A stretch of 64,000 nt of DNA from Candidatus Micrarchaeota archaeon (GTDB taxonomy: Archaea; Micrarchaeota; Micrarchaeia; Anstonellales; Anstonellaceae): the NCBI GenBank assembly GCA_026413965.1, contig JAOAJY010000001.1, positions 125,275 through 189,274 of the forward strand. Reading direction: 5' to 3'. A program made the translations under genes and the position numbers. Of the stretch, positions 9,509 through 18,244 are shown in pieces (within the stretch, counting starts at the first letter, position 1; each line of letters opens with the position of its first letter). The notes beneath the pieces are model-generated. The model did no database searches, was not told the origin of the DNA, and saw nothing but the letters and a program-made list of their open reading frames with translations.

Positions 9509-10495
9509 ATGCTGGAGATTGAAAGGAAGATAGAGGAGCTGAATAGGCCTGTCAAAAGAAGGCTGCAGGAGCTTTTTGCGCCTGGAAAAAAGCCGTTTGA
9601 AGTCTACGGCCTGCTTTCAGAATTCATGGCAAAGCCGGGCAAGCTCTTGAGGCCTGCCCTTTGCTTGGCTTCCTGCCAAGCTGTCGGAGGGAGGAGAGAG
9701 GATGCGGTCTCAGCCGCAGCGGCTATTGAGATGTTCCACAACTTCACGCTCATACATGATGACATTGAGGACAACTCGCTGCTTCGCAGGGGAAAGCCGT
9801 GCCTCCATATAAAATACAGCCTGCCGCTTGCGCTCAACGCAGGCGACGGGCTGTTCATGCTGGTTTGGAAGGAGGCGCTCTCCATTCCAGGGCCAAGGCG
9901 GGAGGAGGCGCAGAGGAGGCTTCTGTCAGGCTTCACCCAGGTTTTGGAGGGCCAGGCTATTGAGCTTGGATGGTACTTCAAAGGCAAATGGGATGTTGCG
10001 GAAAGCGACTATCGGACGGTTGTTGAGGGGAAAACCGGGGCATTGATTTCCTGCGCTTGCGAAGTGGGCGGGATGCTTGGAGGAGGAGACAGGGCTGCCT
10101 GCCGCGCGCTTTCGGAATTTGGAATGGGCATCGGGGTTGGTTTTCAGATTATGGATGACGTCCTCAATCTCTCAGGCGACCAGAAAAAATACGGGAAGGA
10201 GATTGGCGGAGACATTGCCGAGGGCAAGCGCACCCTAATAACCATACGCGCCTTGCAAGCCTTGGAGGGCAGAAAGAGGGAGAGGCTTGGCTTCATCCTC
10301 AAAAAGAGCAAAAAAAGCAAAAGAGATGTCAAAGAGGCGCTTTTGCTCATAAAAGAATCGGGAGTGATGGAAAGCGTGGTCAATGCCGCTGAGGAAGAGA
10401 TTTCGCGCGCCATTTCCAAGCTAGATGCGCTCCCGAGAAATTCCCAAAAGCTTCTCCGAGAGATTGCGGAATACATCACCAAACGGGAGCGATAA
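9509..10495 (+). CDS. idsA: geranylgeranyl diphosphate synthase (trans-polyprenyl synthase)
   Basis: First Asp-rich motif LIHDDIEDNS and second FQIMDDVLN. Confidence 0.75.
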   Translation: MLEIERKIEELNRPVKRRLQELFAPGKKPFEVYGLLSEFMAKPGKLLRPALCLASCQAVGGRREDAVSAAAAIEMFHNFTLIHDDIEDNSLLRRGKPCLHIKYSLPLALNAGDGLFMLVWKEALSIPGPRREEAQRRLLSGFTQVLEGQAIELGWYFKGKWDVAESDYRTVVEGKTGALISCACEVGGMLGGGDRAACRALSEFGMGIGVGFQIMDDVLNLSGDQKKYGKEIGGDIAEGKRTLITIRALQALEGRKRERLGFILKKSKKSKRDVKEALLLIKESGVMESVVNAAEEEISRAISKLDALPRNSQKLLREIAEYITKRER

Positions 10496-10553
10496 GGGAA
10501 GATTTTTAAATTGGAACCGAGAAGAAGGAGGCAAGGCGAAACCGGGTGATTGG

Positions 10554-10814
10554 ATGGTTGTGAAAGTTTCGAAAATTTATGGGATGGATATTTACACTGA
10601 CGGCGGAAAGTTTCTTGGGCGGGTGCAGGAGATACTGCTTGATTTGGAAAAGGGGGAGGTCCTTCGCCTCACTATGGAGCCTCTCAACTCTGTGTCAAAA
10701 GACGAGGCAAAGCGCATACTTCGCGACCGGTCTGTCCTTTACAAAAGCGTAAAATCAATTGAGGACGTGGTGGTTGTAAGCAAAGGAGCAGCCAGCGCGG
10801 GCCTGGAGAGCTGA
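10554..10814 (+). CDS. PRC-barrel domain protein
   Basis: MVVKVSKIYGMDIYTDGGKFLGRVQEILLDLEKGEV resembles PRC barrels. ATG at 10554 is in frame with the longer listed ORF. Confidence 0.45.
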   Translation: MVVKVSKIYGMDIYTDGGKFLGRVQEILLDLEKGEVLRLTMEPLNSVSKDEAKRILRDRSVLYKSVKSIEDVVVVSKGAASAGLES

Positions 10815-10873
10815 ATTGGCTTTTTTTAATGGCTAATTTGGGCATTTTGCTGTTTTTGGCTTAACCCCCCAAG

Positions 10874-11027
10874 CCCCAGACTTCCTTTAATATTTTGCAT
10901 TTTTTATGTGATTTTTCTCTATGTTTTTTATCTTTTTGAAATTTTATTATTTTTAATTAATGTAACCATAGTTACAAACAAACCAACCACCATAACCAAA
11001 CAGTTAAACAATATGGGAAGTCTGGGG
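10874..11027. repeat. 12-bp perfect inverted repeat (CCCCAGACTTCC / GGAAGTCTGGGG) flanking a 130-bp AT-rich spacer in a convergent intergenic region
   Basis: Arms at 10874-10885 and 11016-11027 read directly from the sequence. Confidence 0.6.
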
Positions 11028-11044
11028 GCTGCACAGGCAAAAAG

Positions 11045-11119
11045 TAGCGGGAAGTGGATTTGAACCACTGACCTCTGGGTTATGAGCCCAGCGGGCACTC
11101 CAGACTACCCTATCCCGCT
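11045..11119 (-). tRNA. initiator tRNA-Met (anticodon CAU)
   Basis: Reverse complement is AGCGGGA-UA-GGGU..GCCC-G-CUGGG-CUCAUAA-CCCAG-AGGUC-AGUGG-UUCAAAU-CCACU-UCCCGCU-A. The A1:U72 pair and three G-C pairs closing the anticodon loop are archaeal initiator features. Confidence 0.8.
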
Positions 11120-11151
11120 AATTTCTATTTGAAAAAGACGTAATTAAAAAA

Positions 11152-11730
11152 TTACCTCTTTTTGCGCTCAAATAACTCCAAAAACTCCTGTTTGTTGCCG
11201 CTTTCCTGCTCAGCAAGCGCATTTTTTCGCGAGTAATCTTCCTCAACTTGCGCCTCCCCAACGTCGCATTCCACAATATTTTCCTTTTCCCCCCCAAACT
11301 CCCGCAGCTTCTCCTCGCTCATTTTCCAAATATACGAATACCAGCCGCTATCCTTGTCTCGGACGCGAGTATATGAGAAAAGGCCGCACCCATGCAGCCT
11401 GTTCAAAACAATACGCACATCACTGGCCTTTATGCCTATCTTTTTTGCCAAATCCTCATCAGTCATGTCTTTGTCAAATTCCCTAATCACATCAATCGTA
11501 TTCTCCCCGCCCATCTCAATCAAGCGCTGCCTGGCTTCAGCGCTTGCAAGCACTGCAAGGCGAGCCGCCTTGGAGTAGGTGGATTTTTTGACTATTATGT
11601 CTGGGTTTGAAGTTTTTGGCTTGGCTTTTGGCCCAGATTTTTGCCCGGCTCTTTTTTTCATGCTGCCTCTGCTCTTTTGTTTTTTGATGGACGTTTGGGG
11701 TTTCTGCTTGGAAGATTTCTTTGCGCCCAC
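11152..11730 (-). CDS. tfe: transcription factor E alpha (TFE/TFIIE-alpha winged helix) with Lys-rich N-terminal tail
   Basis: Winged helix IDVIREFDKDMTDEDLAKKIGIKASDVRIVLNRLHGCGLFSYTRV...GWYSYIW. Confidence 0.6.
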   Translation of the reverse strand: MGAKKSSKQKPQTSIKKQKSRGSMKKRAGQKSGPKAKPKTSNPDIIVKKSTYSKAARLAVLASAEARQRLIEMGGENTIDVIREFDKDMTDEDLAKKIGIKASDVRIVLNRLHGCGLFSYTRVRDKDSGWYSYIWKMSEEKLREFGGEKENIVECDVGEAQVEEDYSRKNALAEQESGNKQEFLELFERKKR

Positions 11731-11773
11731 TCAAATCACACCATTCTTTCAGCAGGAATGAGTATATATTATT

Positions 11774-12301
11774 TCATCTGTTTTTTACACGAATAACACT
11801 CTTACCACACTTATTTGGGATGATTCTCATCTTTCCCTCAAACCTTTTGCCAAGCTCTTCGCCTTTATGATACCGGTCTAAGAACAAAGCCAAGGCAGAA
11901 ACTTCTGAATGGGGTTGATTTGAGACTGCAAGATTGTAGTCTGAAAGCCTGTAAATCTCTGCAGGCACTTTGCCAGCCCCCACCACAACCACCACATTTT
12001 TCCCAAAAAGCTCGGCCATCGCGCCCTCAAAAGGCTCCCCATACATGGTCAAATGGACGATTGCCCATCCCGCCTTCTTGCGCTCCAAAATGAATTTTTT
12101 CCAGCTTTCCACATGGCGGATCTGGAAGTCTCCCCCCCAAAGTCCGCATACGTTTTTGATGGAAGCCAGCACTTTCTGGTCAAAGTCCCCGCAAAGGGCG
12201 CCTTCATCCCCCCCAAGCGCCCTTGCCGCAAGAAAGACATGGGTGGTGAGCCTCTGGTCCCTAATTGCTCGGTGCCCCAGCCTAAGAATGCAGACTGCCA
12301 T
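11774..12301 (-). CDS. trm56: tRNA (cytidine56-2'-O)-methyltransferase aTrm56
   Basis: MAVCILRLGHRAIRDQRLTTHVFLAARALG...HLTMYGE...DYNLAVSNQPHSEVSALALFLDRY closely follows the aTrm56 family consensus. Start set at the Met preceding ILRLGHR. Confidence 0.8.
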   Translation of the reverse strand: MAVCILRLGHRAIRDQRLTTHVFLAARALGGDEGALCGDFDQKVLASIKNVCGLWGGDFQIRHVESWKKFILERKKAGWAIVHLTMYGEPFEGAMAELFGKNVVVVVGAGKVPAEIYRLSDYNLAVSNQPHSEVSALALFLDRYHKGEELGKRFEGKMRIIPNKCGKSVIRVKNR

Positions 12302-12400
12302 AGCCTCAGCCAGCATATTTTTCCCATCAGCCTCTAATACCTTCGCTTTTCGCGGCAGCCTTCGGGCAAGCATTAAAAAAGAGGCCTGCATTCCTTTTCT

Positions 12401-12790
12401 GTGCAAAAAATCCTTTTGGACACCAGCTTTCTCATGCTCCAATTTGAAGATGGAATTGACCTCTCCTTCAGCCTGCAGGAGCTTTTGGACAGCCCTGCCT
12501 GCCTCCTTTTGCCTACTGGCATGCTAAGTGAGCTGCGCGCGATTGCGGGCAGGGGAGGAAGGCGGGCATCTGCCGCAAGGTTCGTGCTGCAAAACCTCCC
12601 GCAAATCCTGCGCGGATTTGCTGTGGAGCAAGTTGAAAGCAAAGGCCCGCTTGACGAATGGATTTTTAAATATGCGGAAAAAAACAAGGTGACGGTCGCA
12701 ACAAATGACGCAAAGCTTCGCTCAAGGCTCAAAAAAGCCGGAATTCCTGCGATAACTGCAAAAAGCAAAGCGAAGCTTGGATATGTCTGA
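12401..12790 (+). CDS. PIN-domain protein (Fcf1-like small nuclease)
   Basis: ILLDTSFLM at the N-terminus and VATNDAKLRSRLKKAGIPAI at the C-terminus. Length 129 aa. Confidence 0.5.
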   Translation: MQKILLDTSFLMLQFEDGIDLSFSLQELLDSPACLLLPTGMLSELRAIAGRGGRRASAARFVLQNLPQILRGFAVEQVESKGPLDEWIFKYAEKNKVTVATNDAKLRSRLKKAGIPAITAKSKAKLGYV

Positions 12791-12803
12791 ATGAGGTGAT
12801 GGT

Positions 12804-14867
12804 TTGGAATCTGCCTTGCCGCTAGAACTGGGCTTGCTTTTGCCGCTGCTTCTTGCGCTGGCCGGGATGGCTTATGGCGCGTTCCTGATGGCGCAGATTT
12901 TCAGGCGGGATGAAGGAACTGAAAAAATGAAAGAAATCTCGCAAGCCATAAAAGAGGGCTCTGATGCGTATCTGAACAGGCAGTTCAAGACCGTTGCCCT
13001 GTTTGCCCTTCTTCTGCTGGCAGTAATCTATATTGCCTTGGGGCCGTTTGTGGCTGCGGCATTCCTTGTGGGAGCAATAGCGTCCGGGCTTTCAGGATAT
13101 CTTGGGATGTATGTTGCGGTCCGCTCCAACGCACGGGCTGCGCAAGCCTCTCTTTTGAGCATGCAGGAAGCGCTGGCGGTTCCATTCTCAGCCGGCGCAG
13201 TCAATGGGGCTTTGGTCTCAGGCATCGGGCTGCTGGGCGTGTCTTTGGTGTTCGCAGGGGCCTACTTTCTTTTGGGGGGCGGAGAGCAAGCCATGATAGA
13301 GGCAGGCAAAACTCTCATAGGATTTGGCTTTGGCGCCAACTTGCTGGCCCTTTTCATGAGAGTGGGCGGGGGCATTTACACAAAAGCAGCTGATGTGGGG
13401 GCAGATTTGGTCGGAAAAGTGGAGGCAGGAATACCTGAAGATGACCCGCGCAACCCTGCCACAATAGCAGACAATGTTGGGGACAATGTTGGCGATTGCG
13501 CAGGGATGGGCGCAGATGTCTTTGAATCCTACACAGTCACCATAATCTCCGCAATTGTCTTAGGCGCAGCCGCCCTTGGCATGCTGGGGGCCATATTCCC
13601 TCTTTTGGTCGCAGGAGGAGCCATGGTGATCGGCTTGGCATCCACAAGGTTTGTCAAGGTTAAAAGCGAGCAGGAGCACCCGTTTGACGCAATGAAAAGA
13701 GGCTTTGCAATCTCAACTGTTCTCCAAGCCGCGCTGTTTTATGCCCTCTCCATATATGTCTTGAACAGCGTTGAGGCGTTTCTTGCCCTTCTCACAGGCC
13801 TTGCCGCAACCCATCTCATAATCTTCATCACCGATTATTACACCTCCACAACAAGGCCTCCTGTCCGCCAAATAGCAGCTGCCGCCAAATCCGGAGCAGG
13901 CACCAACCTCATCGCAGGATTGGGGGTGGGCATGGAGTCCGCAGTGGCAGGCATAATCGTGGTGGCGGCAAGCATCCTTGCTGGGTATTTTGGCTTGGAG
14001 CCTTTTGGCATAGGGGCAAAAGGGCTTGGCTATTTTGGAATAGCTCTGGTTGGCTTGGGCATGCTTTCTACCACCGCAATGATAATGGCTATGGACACCT
14101 TCGGCCCGATATCCGACAATGCAAATGGAATAGGCGAAATGTCTGGGCTTGACAAGAAGGGGCGCAGAAGGATGGATGTGCTGGATGCTGTGGGGAACAC
14201 CACCAAAGCCGTGACAAAAGGCTTTGCCATAAGCTCTGCGGCAATAGCGGCAGTCGCCCTGTTTTCAACCTTCTTTGAAAGCGCAGGCCTCAACTCAATA
14301 AACGTCGCTCTTCCGGCTGTTTTTGTGGGGCTGCTTTTGGGCGGCGCAGTTCCGTTCATATTCTCCTCTCTTACCATGGGGGCTGTTGGCAAGGCAGCAA
14401 ACCTGGTGGTGGAGGAAGTGAGGAGGCAGTTCAAAGACCCAGGCATAATGAAGGGCACAAAAAAGCCTGATTATGCGGCATGTGTGGATATCTCCACCAA
14501 AGCAGCGCTGAATTCTCTGCTGCTTCCTGCGGCAATAGCCATAGCGGTTCCGGTCCTGATAGGCTATTCTCTTGGGCTTGAGGCGCTGGGCGGATTTCTT
14601 GCAGGCGCGATACTGGTCTCCCAGCTGATGGCAGTTTTCATGTCAAATGCGGGCGGGGCTTGGGACAACGCCAAAAAGTATATAGAGGAAGGCAATCTTG
14701 GAGGAAAAGGCTCAGATGCCCACAAAGCCGCAGTGGTTGGGGACACTGTGGGGGACCCGTTCAAAGACACCTCTGGGCCTGCGCTCAACCCGATGATAAA
14801 AGTGCTCAACATCGTCTCCCTGCTGGTGGCTGCTGTGATTGCAGGCAAGCAAATAGGCGCAATCTAG
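12804..14867 (+). CDS. hppA: membrane-bound H+/Na+-translocating pyrophosphatase
   Basis: GGIYTKAADVGADLVGKVE, DNVGDNVGD, GDTVGDPFKDTSGP and about 15 TM segments. Confidence 0.9.
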   Translation: MESALPLELGLLLPLLLALAGMAYGAFLMAQIFRRDEGTEKMKEISQAIKEGSDAYLNRQFKTVALFALLLLAVIYIALGPFVAAAFLVGAIASGLSGYLGMYVAVRSNARAAQASLLSMQEALAVPFSAGAVNGALVSGIGLLGVSLVFAGAYFLLGGGEQAMIEAGKTLIGFGFGANLLALFMRVGGGIYTKAADVGADLVGKVEAGIPEDDPRNPATIADNVGDNVGDCAGMGADVFESYTVTIISAIVLGAAALGMLGAIFPLLVAGGAMVIGLASTRFVKVKSEQEHPFDAMKRGFAISTVLQAALFYALSIYVLNSVEAFLALLTGLAATHLIIFITDYYTSTTRPPVRQIAAAAKSGAGTNLIAGLGVGMESAVAGIIVVAASILAGYFGLEPFGIGAKGLGYFGIALVGLGMLSTTAMIMAMDTFGPISDNANGIGEMSGLDKKGRRRMDVLDAVGNTTKAVTKGFAISSAAIAAVALFSTFFESAGLNSINVALPAVFVGLLLGGAVPFIFSSLTMGAVGKAANLVVEEVRRQFKDPGIMKGTKKPDYAACVDISTKAALNSLLLPAAIAIAVPVLIGYSLGLEALGGFLAGAILVSQLMAVFMSNAGGAWDNAKKYIEEGNLGGKGSDAHKAAVVGDTVGDPFKDTSGPALNPMIKVLNIVSLLVAAVIAGKQIGAI

Positions 14868-14920
14868 CCTAATGCCTAAAGGGCAAAGCTATATAAGCAG
14901 AAAACAAGCAACTTTAGCTG

Positions 14921-15319
14921 ATGGCAGCGCAGCAAATGAAGCCGCCTGAAGACAGCAGGCAATTCTTCAACCTCGTTGGCTCCAATGTTGCTGAGAACTG
15001 GGAAGAAGCAGTAAGCATAGTCCGCAAGGCTTTGGAATGCTTCCCAAACTGGCAGTCAACCAAAGCCGCGCAGTTCCTCAGAAAAATTGAGAGCGGGAAA
15101 GCAAAAAGCCTGAAAGCAAGCTTTGGTGTCCAGCAAGACAGCGGAATCATGATTTATAGCGTAAAGCTGGAAACGCATGATGGCGCAAACGAGGTGCTCA
15201 CCTTAAGAGTTGGCAAAAGCCTGACAGAAATCTCCTACCAAAAAAACGGAAGCATTGAGGAGATTATGCGGCATGAGAAAGGGGAAGTTTTGCGCTGGAG
15301 CTCCAAAGGGGGTGTTTGA
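14921..15319 (+). CDS. hypothetical protein
   Basis: 132-aa ORF with coding-like composition and no recognised motif. Confidence 0.3.
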   Translation: MAAQQMKPPEDSRQFFNLVGSNVAENWEEAVSIVRKALECFPNWQSTKAAQFLRKIESGKAKSLKASFGVQQDSGIMIYSVKLETHDGANEVLTLRVGKSLTEISYQKNGSIEEIMRHEKGEVLRWSSKGGV

Positions 15320-15476
15320 TGGAGAAAACAGTAGTTCAGCCATTTGACGAAAACGCAAAACAAACCATACAAAATATCTTACGAACCTTCGTCAAAACTC
15401 TCCCTCCTGTTTTGACCGAGCAGCCGCCTACTAAAAAGAAAACCCTAACAATCAGATAAAATAGGGCAGGTGTTTT

Positions 15477-15764
15477 ATGAAGCCAAAATTCCCGCACCCA
15501 GACAATATCTCTTGGGATAAGATAAAAGAGGTCAAAATCACAAGCGATGAAGAGAATCACAAGCTTGAGTTCAACTTGGATGAAAGAAAGCAGAAGATAG
15601 TGATTTCCTTAGCCCCTGGCTCTATTTCATACACCCTTTGCGACAAAGACGGCTCTCCTCTTCTTTCTGCCATCCAAAAGGGGAATGAGGTCAAAGTGCT
15701 TGACTTCTCAAAAAAGCTGCCCGCCAAAGCAAGCAATGCAAAAGCCAGAATAAGAAAAGTTTAG
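15477..15764 (+). CDS. hypothetical protein
   Basis: 95-aa ORF with no recognised motif. Confidence 0.3.
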   Translation: MKPKFPHPDNISWDKIKEVKITSDEENHKLEFNLDERKQKIVISLAPGSISYTLCDKDGSPLLSAIQKGNEVKVLDFSKKLPAKASNAKARIRKV

Positions 15765-15766
15765 CA

Positions 15767-16855
15767 TCAGCCCTGCTTTTTCACCACAGAAAAAATGTCT
15801 CCCTCTTCAAGCACATGCTGCAGCCCAACCTTCTGCCCGGGGAATTTGGCGGATTTGCCCCACACCAAAGCATACTTGAAATCCCTCACAAGGTCACGGT
15901 GGAGCTTGTTGCAGGCGTCTTCAATCGTTGAGCCTTTGCGCAGCATCATAGGCTCTTTCAAGTCCGCCTCTTCCATGCGAGGCTTGGTGTATACCCGAAT
16001 GAGGCTCAGGCGCCCAAAAATCTCTTTTTTGAGCTTCTCAATGTTGAGCCCCTTTTCAGCAGAAATCGGCACAAAATCAAACCCCAGCGCCTTGAGGTAT
16101 TCTTCTCCAACCATATCCACCTTGTTCAAAACCACAAGAGAAGGCACGTAGCGCCTATTTGCCGCCAAAACATCTATGAGCTGGTCTATGCTTGCGTCCT
16201 GCCGGAAAACAACAGTGGCATTGTGCACCCCGTACTCGTTCAAGACGCCTATGATGGTCTTTTCGTCAAGCTTGGTAAGCTTCACCGTGGAGTTTATCTC
16301 AATCCCGCCTTTCAGCTTTTTGGTTATGAATATCTTCGGAGGCTCCTCATCTAGCCTTATGCCCATGCCGGCAAGCTCCTCCTTTATTTTTGGGAGTATG
16401 CCCGGCTGGAAAACATCCAGCATTATCAGCACCAAATCCGCGCTTCTTGCCACTGCCAGCACCTCTCTGCCCCTGCCTTTGCCTTCGTGGGCTCCAATTA
16501 TTATCCCCGGCAGGTCCAGCAGCTGGATTTTTGCGCCGCCGTATTCCATCACACCAGGTATGCATGAGAGGGTGGTGAATGCGTACGAGGCGGTCTTGCT
16601 TTTTGCGCCAGTCAGCGCATTCAGAAGGGTGGATTTTCCGACAGAGGGCAGCCCAATGAAAACCACAGTGGCATCGCCGCTTTTTTTGACGTCAAATCCG
16701 CCCAAGCGCGCGCCTGCTTTTTTTGGGGAGACAAGCTCCCTTTTCAGCTTGGCAATCTTGGCTTTCAGCAGCCCTATATGGTATTCAGTGGCTTTGTTTT
16801 TCTGGGTTCTTGCAAGCTCCTCCTCAAGCTCCCTGAGCTTTTCCTCAATCCCCAT
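15767..16855 (-). CDS. DRG-family GTPase with TGS domain
   Basis: VVFIGLPSVGKSTLLNALTG, DLPGII and a C-terminal TGS domain. Start placed at MGIEEKLREL. The upstream ORF extension is hydrophobic junk. Confidence 0.7.
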   Translation of the reverse strand: MGIEEKLRELEEELARTQKNKATEYHIGLLKAKIAKLKRELVSPKKAGARLGGFDVKKSGDATVVFIGLPSVGKSTLLNALTGAKSKTASYAFTTLSCIPGVMEYGGAKIQLLDLPGIIIGAHEGKGRGREVLAVARSADLVLIMLDVFQPGILPKIKEELAGMGIRLDEEPPKIFITKKLKGGIEINSTVKLTKLDEKTIIGVLNEYGVHNATVVFRQDASIDQLIDVLAANRRYVPSLVVLNKVDMVGEEYLKALGFDFVPISAEKGLNIEKLKKEIFGRLSLIRVYTKPRMEEADLKEPMMLRKGSTIEDACNKLHRDLVRDFKYALVWGKSAKFPGQKVGLQHVLEEGDIFSVVKKQG

Positions 16856-16909
16856 GCATGATATGAGGGTGCGAAACCCTTTAAATTCTGGATACGCAAA
16901 GCCAACAAT

Positions 16910-18235
16910 ATGGCAAGAAAAGAGGGAAAAAAAGAGGCTTCCGCAGAGGCTGAGCCAGGAGACAAGGTGCAGGTTGAATGCGCAAGCGGGAAATACTGCG
17001 GAATTCTTCTCCCTCGCAAGCAAGAGTCGCCTTTTTTGGCGCTAAAGCTTGGCTCAGGCTACAATATAGGGATAAGGAAAGAAGCCATCACCGCAATCTC
17101 AATCCTTGAAAAAGCATCCGCCCAATTCAGAAAGGAGCTGAAAGAAGAAAAGAAAAGCTCCAGCCCAGCAGGCAAGGTTTCCCTTCTTGCTTGCGGCGGA
17201 ACCATCGCAAACAGGGTGGATTACCGCACAGGCGCTGTCCATCCTGCGGTAAGCGCAGAGGAGCTTTTGGAGAGCCTGCCTATGCAGACGCGCGGAACCG
17301 TCCAGCCCCGCATGCTTTTCTCGCTTCCTTCTGAGGACATGTCTCCTGCGCACTGGGCTGAGCTTGCGAAGGCAGCCGCAGAGAGCATAAAAGGCGGGGC
17401 AGAAGGCGTGGTCATCACGCATGGGACAGACACCATGCACTACACTTCTGCCGCCCTCTCCTTCATGCTGCAAAACCTCCCCTGCCCAGTGGTCCTCACA
17501 GGAAGCCAGCGCAGCTCTGACCGAGGCTCGTCAGATGCGGAGCTTAACCTCTCCTGCGCTATTGCAGCAGCAAAATCCGACCTATCCGGGGTCTTCATCT
17601 GCATGCATGAGAATCTCTCAGATGAGTCCTGCGCTCTTCTTTTCGGCCCAAAAGCCAGAAAGATGCACACCACCCGAAGGGACGCCTTCCGCCCCATAAA
17701 TTCGCTTCCTGCGGCAAGAGTGGATGCAGCCAGCTTGTCTGTGGAGAAAATATCCCCAAATTGCCAGCCCCGCAAAAAAGAAAGCAAGCTTGCGCTTGAC
17801 ACCCGCATGAACACCAACGTAGCCCTCCAATACATATACCCAGGGCTGAAGCCGTCAGCAATCGCTTCACTTGCCGGGTATGATGGGGTGGTTTTGGCTG
17901 GCATGGGCCTGGGCCATCTTCCTGTCAATCTTTCAGGCGACAAGCTTGCCATGCCAATACTCAAAGAGGTTGCGCAGCTGGTCAACTCAGGCATTCCGGT
18001 GGTCTTGGCCTCGCAATGCATTTACGGCAGGGTGGATATGGACGTTTACACAAACGGGCGAGTGCTCAAAGAAGCCGGCATCATAGGCAATCTTTGCGAC
18101 ATGACTCCTGAGACTGCGTATGTCAAGCTCATGTGGGTGCTTGGGCGGGAAAAGAGGATGGGAGAGGTTAAAAAGCTCATGGAAACCTCCATCGCAGGGG
18201 AAATATCGGAAAGAAGCCCAATAGCTCCTTATTAG
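16910..18235 (+). CDS. gatD: Glu-tRNA(Gln) amidotransferase subunit D
   Basis: Asparaginase-like LLACGGTIA and HGTDTM motifs. Lies immediately upstream of gatE. Confidence 0.8.
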   Translation: MARKEGKKEASAEAEPGDKVQVECASGKYCGILLPRKQESPFLALKLGSGYNIGIRKEAITAISILEKASAQFRKELKEEKKSSSPAGKVSLLACGGTIANRVDYRTGAVHPAVSAEELLESLPMQTRGTVQPRMLFSLPSEDMSPAHWAELAKAAAESIKGGAEGVVITHGTDTMHYTSAALSFMLQNLPCPVVLTGSQRSSDRGSSDAELNLSCAIAAAKSDLSGVFICMHENLSDESCALLFGPKARKMHTTRRDAFRPINSLPAARVDAASLSVEKISPNCQPRKKESKLALDTRMNTNVALQYIYPGLKPSAIASLAGYDGVVLAGMGLGHLPVNLSGDKLAMPILKEVAQLVNSGIPVVLASQCIYGRVDMDVYTNGRVLKEAGIIGNLCDMTPETAYVKLMWVLGREKRMGEVKKLMETSIAGEISERSPIAPY

Positions 18236-18244
18236 AGGCGGAAC

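Noticed and set aside
14030-14848. Antisense ORFs within hppA
   Set aside because: hppA is unambiguous, with three signature motifs. The antisense ORFs are Pro/Ala/Ser-rich.
15320-15460. Unlisted 46-codon ORF (MEKTVVQPFDENAKQTIQNILRTFVKTLPPVLTEQPPTKKKTLTIR) in the gap between two hypothetical genes
   Set aside because: It is too short and motif-less to call from sequence alone. It may be a small protein, but there is no supporting signal.
16856-17023. N-terminal extension of the DRG GTPase ORF
   Set aside because: Hydrophobic, non-conserved sequence. The DRG family starts at MGIEEKL, and the extension would overlap the gatD start.
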